Shown here piece by piece: positions 49,921-62,045 of a stretch of 64,000 nucleotides of DNA. The DNA lies in assembly GCA_951406725.2 (NCBI GenBank), contig OX597819.1:59644001-59708000 (forward strand). The letters are read 5' to 3'. Position 1 is the first letter of the stretch. Every line of letters starts with the position of its first letter. The translations under genes were made by a program, and so were the position numbers. The stretch comes from Octopus vulgaris. Taxonomy: Eukaryota. The notes beneath the pieces were generated by a model. That model saw only the letters and a list, made by a program, of their open reading frames with translations, searched no databases and was not told the DNA's origin.

Positions 49921-52309
49921 GCAGGCATGAATGTGTGGTTAAGAAGTTTGCTTTTCAACCACATGGGTTCAATCTTTTTTGGCACAAGGCAAGCAAATTC
50001 GAGCAAGGGGTTTAGTTGATTACATTGACCCTAATGCTCAACTGGTACTTATTTTATCGACCCTGAAAGTTGACCTCTGTAAAATTTGAACACAGAATGT
50101 AAAGATGGATGAAATGCTGCTAAGCATTTTGCCTGGTGTGCTAACAATTCTGCCAGGTTACCAGCTAAGTGGATTTCAAATATTCTTTTCTGCTATAGGC
50201 ACAAGGCCCGAAATTTTGGGGGGAGGGGCCAGTTGATTAGGTAGACCCTAGTATGCAACTGATACTTAATTTATCGATCCTGAAAGGATGGAAGGCAAAG
50301 TTGACCTTGGCGGAATTTGAACTCAGAACGTAAAGACAGACTAAATACTGCTAAGCATTTTGTCTGGTGTGCTAACGTTTCTGCCAGCTCACTGCCACTG
50401 GCTTTAAAATATTTAGAAGAAAGTTTGGGAGGCTTTGCTGTTAATAATAAAGATCTTAGACACTAAGAAAGGTATGGTTATCTTATGTCAAATATACAAA
50501 TAGACATACAGAATGGAATTGTTCCTAGATTATATGTAAACTGAAGATTTAGTGAATTTGAGAATTAGTTTAGCTTCAAAATAAAAGTTAATTATTATAA
50601 GATACTTTTTTAGTATCTGTTGTCTCAGTGTTGAATTATAGGAAAATTTTAAGGAACTAGGAACATTGTATTGCTTTTGATTTTTGAGTTAAATAAGTAT
50701 TTATTAAGTTGAATTCCCTTCTTAATGCATTGCTGTATTTAAAAAAATGGAGAATAGTGGAAACTAAGTCTTTATGTTAAAAATTAAACTGTGTATTTAC
50801 ATCTTTGAGGTATTAGGTTATGTCTATTGCGTATTTACAAATACATTTTAGGCTATCGAGATAGATAAATATTTATCGCTAGTCAGCAGGAAGCTTTTAA
50901 CTTGGTTTGGTTATGGCTATGAATAAAAGTCAACTTTTACTATAATGTTGCATGTAAGAATTATTTCGTTACTGTGGAAAAACCTGTTAAAACTAGATTT
51001 TGGCAACATTGAGTCAACATAAGTTGTGATAGAACTTATATCAAAGTTATTCTGACTCAAAAATTTCAACAAAAATAGAAATGGATATTTCTTAGGCGTT
51101 TTCAATGGAATTTATTAAACATGCTTGTATTTCATATTTATTCTTGCTAAACAAAATATAAAAGTAATATAATATATATTTTGCAATATGTCTTCCATTA
51201 ATCTATTTTTAGATAATTAAAATTAAATTTTAAATGGGAAGTTTTTGTTTTCTGCTGGTTTTATGACATTTTTTATTTGAGGTTTTTCGCTTAATTAGGT
51301 TTTTCCGCTTCAATGATCATTTGTGTCATCTATAAATAGCAGGAATGTTAAGCTTGCAGTATTTTTTTTAGATAAAGTTTTGTTTGTATTCAAAGCAGTT
51401 ATTCTTAGTCCTGCTGTTTCTTCTATTTAAGAACTGTTCACTTATAAAATTCCAAAGTGCAGTATGTAATTTTATTTAATGTCTCAGAAATGTAATACTC
51501 AAGAGACTGATTAGATTTTAGTTGCAATGTTTTTAAGGTTATTTCTGTAAACATCTAAGATCTCTCAAGCTGTCTTCCTCTCTGTCATTTTTCCTTTTCA
51601 ACTTGATTCAACTGTCTGATAATCATTTCATGAGATGAGCTGGTTTCTTATGAAGTCAGTGGTGCAAGTCTTGAGCAATTTGTTTTATTATTGGCATTTA
51701 CTAAGAGCCTTTCTAAAGTAGATTTAATTTTACTTCCCCATCAAATAATGAGAACTAAAAGAATTGGCTGATATGGAAAGTAACTAAAGATAGAATTGAT
51801 AAGCTGACATGTTGCCCAATCTATGTAAGAATGAGGGGAGGGGAAAGCATGGAATTATATAGTATTGGTAAATTTTAAAAATTGCTATGGAAGCATAATT
51901 TTGTTTTATTTTACTTTAGTTTCTCACACGTACCATATTGGAGATGCTGGTGATGTTAGTTAATAAATTAATATACTTACCTTTCCCCATGTAATTCCTC
52001 CATTCTCTTACTTCTTAGACCCCTTACTAAAAACATTATCCCAATCTTTTTTTTTTTTTTTGTAAATCTGGATTTTGCTGGCAGTGCCCTACCATGGCCA
52101 CCATCTTTGGATTGAAACATACAAAAGAATTCTCTGTAACTCCTTCCTCTTTGTATTTTCTCCTCCAGCCACACATCAGCATATTAAAGTATAGCAATTC
52201 ACACACTGAATGTTACTTATAGTATACTTATATGTTGTTCATGTTCTCCAAGAGGATCTGCAAAGGCTGTGGATATTGCACTACAATCTCAGCCTAATAA
52301 TATATATTA

Positions 52310-52600
52310 CCGTGAGCGACCAGGCTATCAGATGTTGCTACACATCGCTGGTCACAATGTGCTTCGCATTGTTTTAGCCTTCAAATGACGCCACCCCGCT
52401 GGCTAAGCGAGTAGGCCAACAGAAGAAAGAGTGAGAGAAAGTTGTGGCGAAAGAGTACAGCAGGGATCGCCACCACCCCCTGCCAGAGCCTCTACTTGTG
52501 GAGCTTTTGGTGTTTTTGCTCAATAAACACTCGCAACGCCTGTCCTGGGAATCGAAACGCGAGTCCGCTGTCCTAACCACTGGGCCATTGCGCCTCCACA
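52310..52600 (-). mobile_element. tRNA-derived SINE (head type C, tail type 2)
   Basis: Head GTGGAGGCGCAATGGCCCAGTGGTTAGG..GTTTCGATTCCC, shared with 2010-2190, then diverges into a different tail. Confidence 0.8.
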
Positions 52601-53482
52601 ATAATAATAATAATATACATGCATATATATATAATCTGTTTTGGCTTGGTTTCTACGGCTGGATGTCCTTCACAATGCCAATCATGTTACTGGGAGTACT
52701 AAGTGCTTCTTATGTGGTACCAGCATCAGCACTTTTTTTACGTGGTACTAGCACCACTGCTTCTTATGTGGTACCATCATCAATGCTTTATATTCTTATT
52801 CTTTTCTTTCTTTTATTTGTGTCAGTCACTTGACTGCAGCCATGCTAGAGCACCGCCTTTAGTCAAACAAATCAACCCCTGGACTTATTCTTTGTAAGCC
52901 TAGTACTTATTCTGTCAGCCTCCTTTGCTGAACTGCTAAGTTACAGGGATGTAAACACACCAACATTGGTTGTCAAGCAATGGAGTGGGGACAAACACAG
53001 ACACACACGAATATATATATACATATATACATACACAACAGGCTTCTTTCAGTTTCTGTCTATCAAATCCACTCACAAGGCTTTAGTCAGCCCAAGGCTA
53101 TAGCAAAAGACACTTGCCCAAGGTGCCATGCAGTGGGACTGAACTCAGAACCATGTGGTTGGGAAGCAAGCTTCTTACCACACAGCCACTCCTGTGCCTA
53201 AAATACACACACACACACACACATACACACACACAATTACTACGTTGTGGGGTTAATTCCTGGATCAGGCAGTGTGTTGAACAAGACACTCCATTAGTCT
53301 TCTCAGTTGTAATGAGTACCAGCTGAGTACTAGTGCAGCCCTTCCTCCCTCCGGCTGTCACATCCTGGATATTCTGCTGAGTCTAGAGTAGGAGTGCCAG
53401 ATGGGTGATGTTGCTTGTTACTACATAGGAACCTAAAACAATTAATAAAAGCTTGCTAGCAAGTGATTCTGAATACATGCTG

Positions 53483-53518
<36 letters not shown>

Positions 53519-54036
53519 ATGCGTGTCTGTGCCCGTATTTATTTCATGTTTTGATAATGACATTTTTGTAAAAAATATATATAAGAACATATCTATCAAA
53601 AGATATTCACAACAAAAATGCAAAAATGGTATTTAAAAATAATATGAAAACAAAATTGTTATTAAATCATGGTCATTTAACATCCATTTTTCATGCTGGT
53701 GAGCTATAAGGCTGCATTGTACTCCATAGCCACTTTGGCATGGTTTCTATGGCTGGATGCCCTTCCTTATGCCAGCTACTTTACAGAGTGTACTGGGTGC
53801 TTTTTTTTTCACATCACCAGCACTAGTGTGGTTGCCAAGTAACTTGCAAAACAGGAAGGAACAAGAAAAGGGAAAAGTGGAGGAGGAGGGAAAGCCCTCC
53901 CAACTAGTAGGGTGTGTGTGTGACAGGGTGAAGATGTGATTTTATGCCTTGGACAAGCAAAGGTATTTTACTATAGAGAAGATGTCACTACCACACATTT
54001 ATATATGTATGTATGTATATATATATATATATATAT

Positions 54037-54250
54037 GGAGATGTACTTGCATACTTGCATAGCAAGTAACCTGACCTTAGATCATGTGCTAGAACGAAAA
54101 TAATTGCAGCGGGGAAGGTGTTTATAAGTCATTTAAGAAACATACAAAAAGCCTTTAGATTCACTTCAACATTTAAATTTGATTTACCAAAATATTTTTG
54201 TCGATTTGAGACCGTGACCTGTTCACTGACAAAATTCCATGCTGCATCTC
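54037..54250 (-). mobile_element. ~215 bp repeat embedded in (TA)n, carrying a decayed hammerhead-like motif (Penelope/retrozyme-like)
   Basis: Shares AGATTCACTTCAACAT..AAATTT...GTTCACTGACAAAA with 9100-9190 and 11485-11570; (TA)n on both sides. Confidence 0.6.
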
Positions 54251-55824
54251 ATATATATATGTATGTATGTGTGTGTGTGTGAGTGGGTGGGTGGAGGGTA
54301 GCTTACTCTGAATATATATTTTACTCTATATTCATGTAATTATTCCATTATTTGTTGGTGTATGACCAAAGAAAGCAAGTTTGAAGGAAGTGCATATGTG
54401 TGTGTTTAATTTAGTCTTCTAAAGATTCTTAAAGAAAGGTGTCATTCAACTCTTTTGTTAGGATATTTTGTTGAAATACACTGCCTTTGTAAGGTGGTGA
54501 GCTGGTAGAAACATTAGCACACCAGGCGAAATGTTTAGCAGTATTTTGTCTGTCTTTGCATTCTGAGGTCAACTTTGCCTTTCATCCTTTCAGAGTCGAT
54601 AAATTTAAGTACCAGTTGCATACTGGGGTTGATCTAATCAACTGGCCCCCACTCCCAATAATTTGGAAAAGGGGGAAGAAATTAGTAAAATAGCTTTGTC
54701 ATGGTGTTTGGAACATAAATTAGCACAAAATTTTGATGAAAGATTTTAATATAGATCATTTTAAGCAGAAAGTTTGTATCCTAGAACCAATCGTTTGATA
54801 TCAAAGGCAGTTTGGTATCAAAAGAGTTAAACAGAACCTTCTGTGTTAAAGTAAGGTGTCAGATATATGAATAGACAGATGATTTATTAGATACAGTTGG
54901 TTGATTTTAATGGTATGTTAGGATAGTGACACTGCGCAATAATATAGTGGAGAGTATACTGCACTTACTTCATACATACAACATTTTGGCTATCATGTCC
55001 AACTGTACAATGTGTACAGTTGGTTGCAGATACTAGTTCCAGTTATGCAGTAAGGATTGTCATTATACTTAATGTAGTCACAACTTATTGTTCTTACAAA
55101 ATGTGCTGGCTTCTGTTACTTGTGAACTACTAGTGTGCAATTGTTTGGTTTGTTGTTGCAGCAACTGGCCTTTATAGGCCCAATCGTGCAGGTGATTCAT
55201 GATTATTCAATTCTACTTAAAGAGAAGATTTTAAACTTTTAGTGTTTAAACTGGCCATATCCAGCTCGAATATTTTACGTTGTATGTTCAAACAGTTCAG
55301 ATCCAGACTCTCACATTTACTTTACAATGACATTTTTAAAGATAAACAATCACATCATCAAAATTTCGAAGCTGTGAGATAATGAATGATTAATTCAAAA
55401 CAATGTGAAGACATAAGCATTATGTGACAGAGTAATCTAAACACTGAAGGGTTAATGGATGTTAGTAATAGATTGTTTATTACTTTCTTATATGAATTTC
55501 TTATTGCTTTCAACATAATCATGACATCTTTCTATACTAGCTCTGCTTATAAAAACATGATCATCATTTTTCATCTGTGCTTCCCATGCTGGATCAGGAC
55601 AGTCAAAACTTCATGGAGTTTGAGCAGGAATTGTGCTGGAAGTTGCCTTTCTTAACACTAACCCTTATTTGTTTTCAAGTAATGAATGTTATTCCACTGG
55701 TCCTGCATGTCAAACAACCAAACTTCAAGACTTAAACAAACATCAGTATTTCCTAAGCAGTTTTTAGAATTGATAAAATATTTTGTGTTTTGTAGAAGTA
55801 TAACCAATTTATTGCAGATAAATT

Positions 55825-56390
55825 TTGCTTGAGAAGACCTGGCAAGCCAAGTGAGACCATAACCTCATGGCCTATGCCAGGGGTGTAACCAGCCCACTTA
55901 TGCATACCTTTCCTTCGTTGGACACTAAACTCTGCTTGAGGAAAGTGAAATCGAAATCAAATTTGATGACTGGCATCCGTGTGTGATCGTTGCCAGAGCA
56001 GCTAAGTGGCTTCCGTGCTGGTAGCACGTAAAAAGCACCATTCGAGCATGATCGTTACCAGTGTTGCCTTACTGGTACTTGAAAAAACATTCAAGCAAGG
56101 TTGTTGCCAGTGCCACTGGACTGGCTCCTGTGCAAGTGGTACGTAAAAAAACACCATTTGAGCGTGGCCATTGCCAGTACCGCCTCACTGGCCTTTGTGC
56201 CGGTGGCACGTAAAAGCACCCACTACACTCTCGGAGTGGTTGGCGTTAGGAAGGGTATCCAGCTGTAGAAACTCTGTCAGATCAGATTTGAGCCTGGTGC
56301 AGCCATCTGGTTCGCCAGTCCTCAGTCAAATTGTCCAACCCATGCTAGCATGGAAAGCGGACGTTAAACAATGATGATGATGATAATGAA
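55825..56390 (+). mobile_element. Abundant retroposon with internal GCACGTAAAAAGCACCA subrepeats and (GAT)n tail
   Basis: Longest copy of a family ending CCAACCCATGCTAGCATGGAAAGCGGACGTTAAA(GAT)n. 3' fragments at ~1430-1570, 2800-2930(-), 4005-4270(-), 16235-16520(-), 29650-29800, 33900-34120, 40615-40700, 53670-53850(-). Confidence 0.8.
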
Positions 56391-57503
56391 ATTTTAATGA
56401 CAAAATCTTATATAAACCCCAGTTGAAAATCACTGGCTTAGTTTCAGTGTACCTGATCCTCTCATTTTGGGTACTCTGTTTTATCTGCAGTATTTATTAG
56501 TCTATTTCCTCAATTTTCAAACCTACAAATTAGGAGTCTATAATATAAAAGAGAACTAAATATTATTAATTTTTCCTGGCCCCAGTCCTTAGTCAAATTT
56601 GTGATTGCATGACTGGAAGTATGATATAACCACTGTCCACGGTAGCTAATGTGTAACAAGGAATTTGTCATTTTAATTATGTTAGGTTTATCTATGGTAG
56701 TGATAATGGTCATTATGATTCATAAATATGCAATAAAGATATAAATTTTATGTTGCTTGTGCACATGATGTTTACAATTGTCACCAAGCATGGCTGCTCA
56801 CATCAGAGATCGTATTGATCTATGTTCAACTCAATGCAGTAAAATTTTGCTCGCAGTGGTTGACATAAAGTACCAAGAAAATAAAACCGATATTGGTAGC
56901 AATGAAACACATTTTTTTTATTTTTTTATCTGCACAGGAATTTATATTATAAATAGATACTATATACTGTGTCAACACAATTTATGTTCCTCGAAATTGC
57001 ATATTTCTTTACTTTCTGAAAATATAAAATGCTTTTCAAAAATTTTAATTTTTTATATTCTGAAAATTTTAAATGCTCTTTCACTTTATAAAGATTCTGA
57101 TTTAAAAAATAAATAAATAAAATAAAAAAATTTTTAAGAGAAAATTTTCCTCAGATCCTGAATGTCTGATGTTCAAAACATAAAAGTCTAAAGATTGTTC
57201 CTTGTTTTTTTGTTTTTTTTTTTGGGGGGGGGGGTTTAAAGAAAAATATATAATAAATAAGTTAGATGTTTTTTAAAAAAAATGTCCATGTCGAAATAAA
57301 TAATTACCCATGTGAGTTATATTACTGTAAAACAGCTCCTTTCATTGCTTGTGGTCTTGGACTGTCTTTTGACCCTTGAATTCAAATGTTTGTGTGAAGG
57401 AATTGTCAAAAGTTGGTAGGGTTTGATCTGCATATTCAATATTTGACAGGTTGTACTCCATGGCCTCCCATCATTCAATGATAAAATGATAAAATTCCTG
57501 TAA

Positions 57504-57556
57504 CTCTGCACAAAACTGCTAGCAAATTTTGAATTTGCCAGCAGTTTTGTGCCGAG
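57504..57556. repeat. Near-perfect short hairpin
   Basis: GCACAAAACTGCTAGCAAATT-ttg-AATTTGCCAGCAGTTTTGTGC: 21-bp stem with one mismatch. Confidence 0.9.
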
Positions 57557-60500
57557 CAAGCTTAGCAACTGGCAGCTTATGTTTCTCCATATAATACTCA
57601 CATAACCACCTAACACTAATTTTAAAGTTGTCAAGCATTGTTTCTATCTTCTTTGTGATTTCCAGTGTTTTGAGATGTAGGTTAGTTTTACAGACTCCAC
57701 CATTTGGGCATTCTATGTAATGTCACCTCTTCTGTGTCACTGGCTTCCAGAAGAAATAAGATAATTTTCCAGTTTTCATTAAATAGCATCGAATTTATCA
57801 GTTATATATATATATGAGTGGAGGGTAACTTACTCTGAACATATATATATGTTATTTCTACAGTGTTAGTTTTACAGCAGGTGCACTTTTGTCAGCCTAC
57901 ACAAGTAGGATTCAAAATAATTTTCAAATTTTTTTGTTTCATCCAGGATGTAAGAAATTTCACAATATATTTCATACAAGTTCTAGGATGGAGAACTTTG
58001 GTAGTTTTCTTTTGACACCATGGGTAATGTCAGGAATATGACATACATACAATAATTATAATTTATTAAACTTCTTGATGCTCATACAAAATGATGAAAT
58101 TAAAATTAGTTTTCAAAAGAAAAATACTTATTACTTTAATCTTTTAAAATTCACATTACTCTGTCAAATGTTCTCTGCTTATTTATTCACATTGTTTTAA
58201 ATAATCCTGCATTATCTTGTAGCTTTGAGATTTCAGTGATACGTGATATGATTGTATATTTTTAGAATGACATTGTAGTGTAGGTGTGGGAAGCCATATC
58301 TGGCTAGTTTTAAAACAAAACAAGTAGAATGTTTAGGCTGGATACAGCTAAAGGGTTAAAATAAAATAAATTTTTTCATTTGTATAATTCCTCCCTTAAC
58401 TACTGTCATTTACAATCTTTTGTTTTGATTTGATTTACCTTAACTCTTACAGTTCTGTAGTGCTTTCTCTCTCTACATATATATGTCTCCCATTCCTGGC
58501 AGATACTAGAGATTTTGATGAAATCAGTAAGTTGTATAAAAATCATAAGAATATAACTATTGCTTGAGTTTGGATGAAATTTGTGGGTACAATACAATAA
58601 CTTTTGGCGTACATTGTGAATTTGGCTTTTACCTGTTGTTATGTCACTTTCACTTTCCAAAGTAGGTTGAATACAGTTAAGCTTATTTTTTTGTATTTTC
58701 ATATATACTTACAAGATATTGATTCCTGTGCATCAGTTTCTTGTCTCTGAGCTGAATTTGTCCTATAGCTTGGAATTGGTCTCTGTAACTTGGAAGTTGC
58801 ACTACTCTCATTCGAAAAAGTATTCTAAGATATGCCTTCAAAAATTTTGTAAGACATAACAAATTATGATCTTCTGATAATCCCAGTATGCAGAGACACT
58901 ACATTTAAGATATATCAGTATTTTTTTTTGGTAGTGGGGTTGTTTATTCTTACAGCTCGCTAATGAAAGCATTGATGCTTTATCAGCTACATAATAACTC
59001 CACTCCTTCTCAATCGATAAGTCCCAATATCACTTTAATAGCTGGTGTTAATAGATGTCACTGAAATATCACTCTTTTTAATCCAAGTTCAAACACTCTT
59101 TCTCTAATTAAATCATTAATAAATAAATAATATATAATCACTAAATTCTAAGTCACCACTTGAAGTATTAACAGCCATAAATGCTTGAAAGTCAATGGAA
59201 GAAAAAAATCTGAAGAAATTCAGGGGGAAAAAAATGCGAAAATGAACACACATAATGCTTCAGTCCTTCTAAGATAAGGCTAGACTTTTGTTTCTTGCAG
59301 TATAGGATTTTAAGAGCCAACAGTTTTACATTTTGTTTTCACTTCTGAAATGGCTTGAGTTGATAGGTGGACTCAATTAAGTTTTTTAGAAGATGCTATG
59401 TGTACTGTTCTTCCTTTCCAGACTTTGAAAGTATAGCAGCAAGGTCTTTATGAACTACCAGTTTATATGCAACAAACCTTCCTAAACTAGAAACCCTTAA
59501 GTTATCTCTAGCCATAATTAGAATCTCAATGAAGAACAATCACACAATATCAATGTATGGTATAGTATAAGCAACAAAACCACCATAGAAACCAAGAATT
59601 CTTTGACAAGTTCAACCCAACAAGAATGAAGGACAGCTTGCAACAGTGAAAACACAAGCAACAAGCACATCAAACATATGCTTCCATCATCAGCTGCCTA
59701 ACAGATATCATTGTGGTTTTGACAACTTGTTTTCAATATTTGTATGTGTTTCTTCATTGCTTAGGTAGGATGATAGCAAAGCCTAATGTATAGTATTTGA
59801 TTATAGTCAATAAGGACAATGAAGAACTTCATATATCTAGTTCTTGATTCAAAATGAAATGTATTTCTTTACTGTCATTAATATAGTGTCGTTACATCAG
59901 TCTTTCATCAGTTCCGTCCTTTTAATATTTTTTCCAGTAGTAGTGGATAACATAGTTGTTTCTTTTTTTTTTATAGTTACTCTTTAAGGATAAAGATAAG
60001 TAATGACCTCTGTCTGCCGCATACAGAAAGTAGATCAAACCTTTGATCATTAAACTGATCAAGCAAGCTGATGATCAGTGGTATTCCAACCATGATCATT
60101 CAGTCTTTTTCAGGTAGTGTACACTATGCCTTTGTTTTAAGAGAGAAGAGTTTGACAAATGAGATTTAGCTGCTATTTTTAACAAGCAGATTGATTGCAT
60201 AGAGGTTCCCTCAAATGCAGAATAAAATGCAATTGCTCAAACAAATAATAGAAAAAACAAAGATTCCACTCATGATGTATAAAAACACAAATATAAAAAA
60301 AAATATCAATAACTGAAGAGATAGGATAGTTGCTGGTAAATCTTTCTACATGGCTGCTTTGAATGATTTCTAACCATTGAGGTCAGGCATTCATTCCATT
60401 TATGTCAGCATTGGTATATATCTTTGTGTGTATGTATGAGATATGTGTTAAATCAATTCTTCTTAATATAATGCATTTTTTTCCCTCTATCTTTTTCATC

Positions 60501-60658
60501 ATATTACTTTCTTTAATCAAAGATGTAATATGCAAAAATGTCTACTTACAATATGTAGAAAAAAATGGAACAAACCTAAAAAAATAAAATGGAACAAACT
60601 TAAATGGCCTTTATTGTTATACTTTGTTAAACTCTTTCTTTATTGTTGTTTCATATAG

Positions 60659-60719
60659 GTGTCCATTCAAAGACAACTACAATTTTACTTGATGGGAAAA
60701 GAGTGAAACTTCAATTATG
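60659..60719 (+). CDS. RAB40: Rab40 second coding exon (61 nt); gene continues beyond the window
   Basis: T-rich tract plus catatag acceptor, TG|GTAAGT donor. (G)VHSKTTTILLDGKRVKLQL(W) is the Rab40 KTTTILLDG.RVKLQLW motif. Phase 1 start matches exon 1. Confidence 0.95.
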
Positions 60720-60733
60720 GTAAGTACTATTTT

Positions 60734-60775
<42 letters not shown>

Positions 60776-62008
60776 CAAATGATATAAACAAAAGAATCTA
60801 GCACACGGCATCCTCAATTTTTATTTCATTACTTATTGTTTGACTGCTATCATTCATTTAGTTTTTTTGCTCGTGCTCTCTTTCTCTCTCTTTTTCCTTT
60901 CTCTCATCTCTCTCTTCTGTACATCTTCTGTAGAATCAAATCTTTTGGAGACTTACTCTCCAGAACACACATGAGTGGTCCATTGCTTTTTAGAGCTTTA
61001 GCAAAGCCCTCAATGCTTGTCTTTCTTCAAGAAGTTTGTTTCCCAACCACACAGTTCAGTCTTACAGCATGACACCTTGGGCAAGTGTCTTCTATTATAG
61101 CCTTGTGCTGACCAAAGCCTTGTGAGTGGATTTGGTAGGTGTAAACTGAAAGAAGTCCATTGTGTGTGTGTGTGTTTGTCCCCCAACACTTGACAACAGA
61201 TGTTGGTGTGTTTATGTCCCCATAACTTAGTGGTTATCTTAGCGGTTCAACAAAAGAGACTGATAAAATAGGTACCAGGCTTAACAAAAAAAAAAGTACT
61301 GGAGTTGATTTGTTCAACTAAAATTATTGAAGTTTGTGCCCCAGCATAGCCACAGTGTAATGACTGAAACAAGTAAGAGATGAGATAACACCTTAGCTAA
61401 GATAACTAAAAAGCTTCCTGTCGGTTCTGGCCCTATGCATCCCAGGGCTCAAGAAAAATAAAACTAAAAAGAAGCATGTTTATCAGGACTCTATCTCCAA
61501 CCCCAATTAAACCAACATTTTGTTATCCCAAGGTTTGGTTATATCTCTGCCACTTTTCTCTTTCTACATTAATGACTTACTTTTCTTTTATTTATACACT
61601 CTCCAACACAGATACGACCCCCCTCCCACTCTACTCCACTCCTCCTTAACCCTCTTCACATAGGCATCCTCTACATGTAAACTAGGTATCTTATTTCAGA
61701 GATGTACTACTTCCACAAGCAGAAACTTCAAACACATTCTCCAGTTGAGATATGACTTCCAAGATATAATCACTGGGTGCATATCAATGAAAACAATCTT
61801 GTGCTGTACATTCCTTACACATGTTAAAGCCCTCAGGGTTTCTACAAACTCTGGGCCTCAAAATCTCTGGTGGACTTGTCTGCCTTGGTCGACAAAATAT
61901 TTTTCATATTTGAATTTTAAGTGTTAGGAGGGAATAAAGTATCGTTGCTCCATTTAATTCATTGCAAGTTTCTGGAACCACTGAACTCATGTGAACGTGG
62001 AGAAGCTT

Positions 62009-62045
<37 letters not shown>

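Noticed and set aside
51973-52174. ATACTTACCT (U1 snRNA 5' end) or an antisense exon with a strong donor
   Set aside because: The U1 match stops after 10 nt. The minus-strand ORF has no recognisable homology, contains a poly-A run, and has no partner exons.
60562-60604. Short duplication AAAATGGAACAAAC upstream of Rab40 exon 2
   Set aside because: Simple slippage-type duplication with no evidence of a splicing role.
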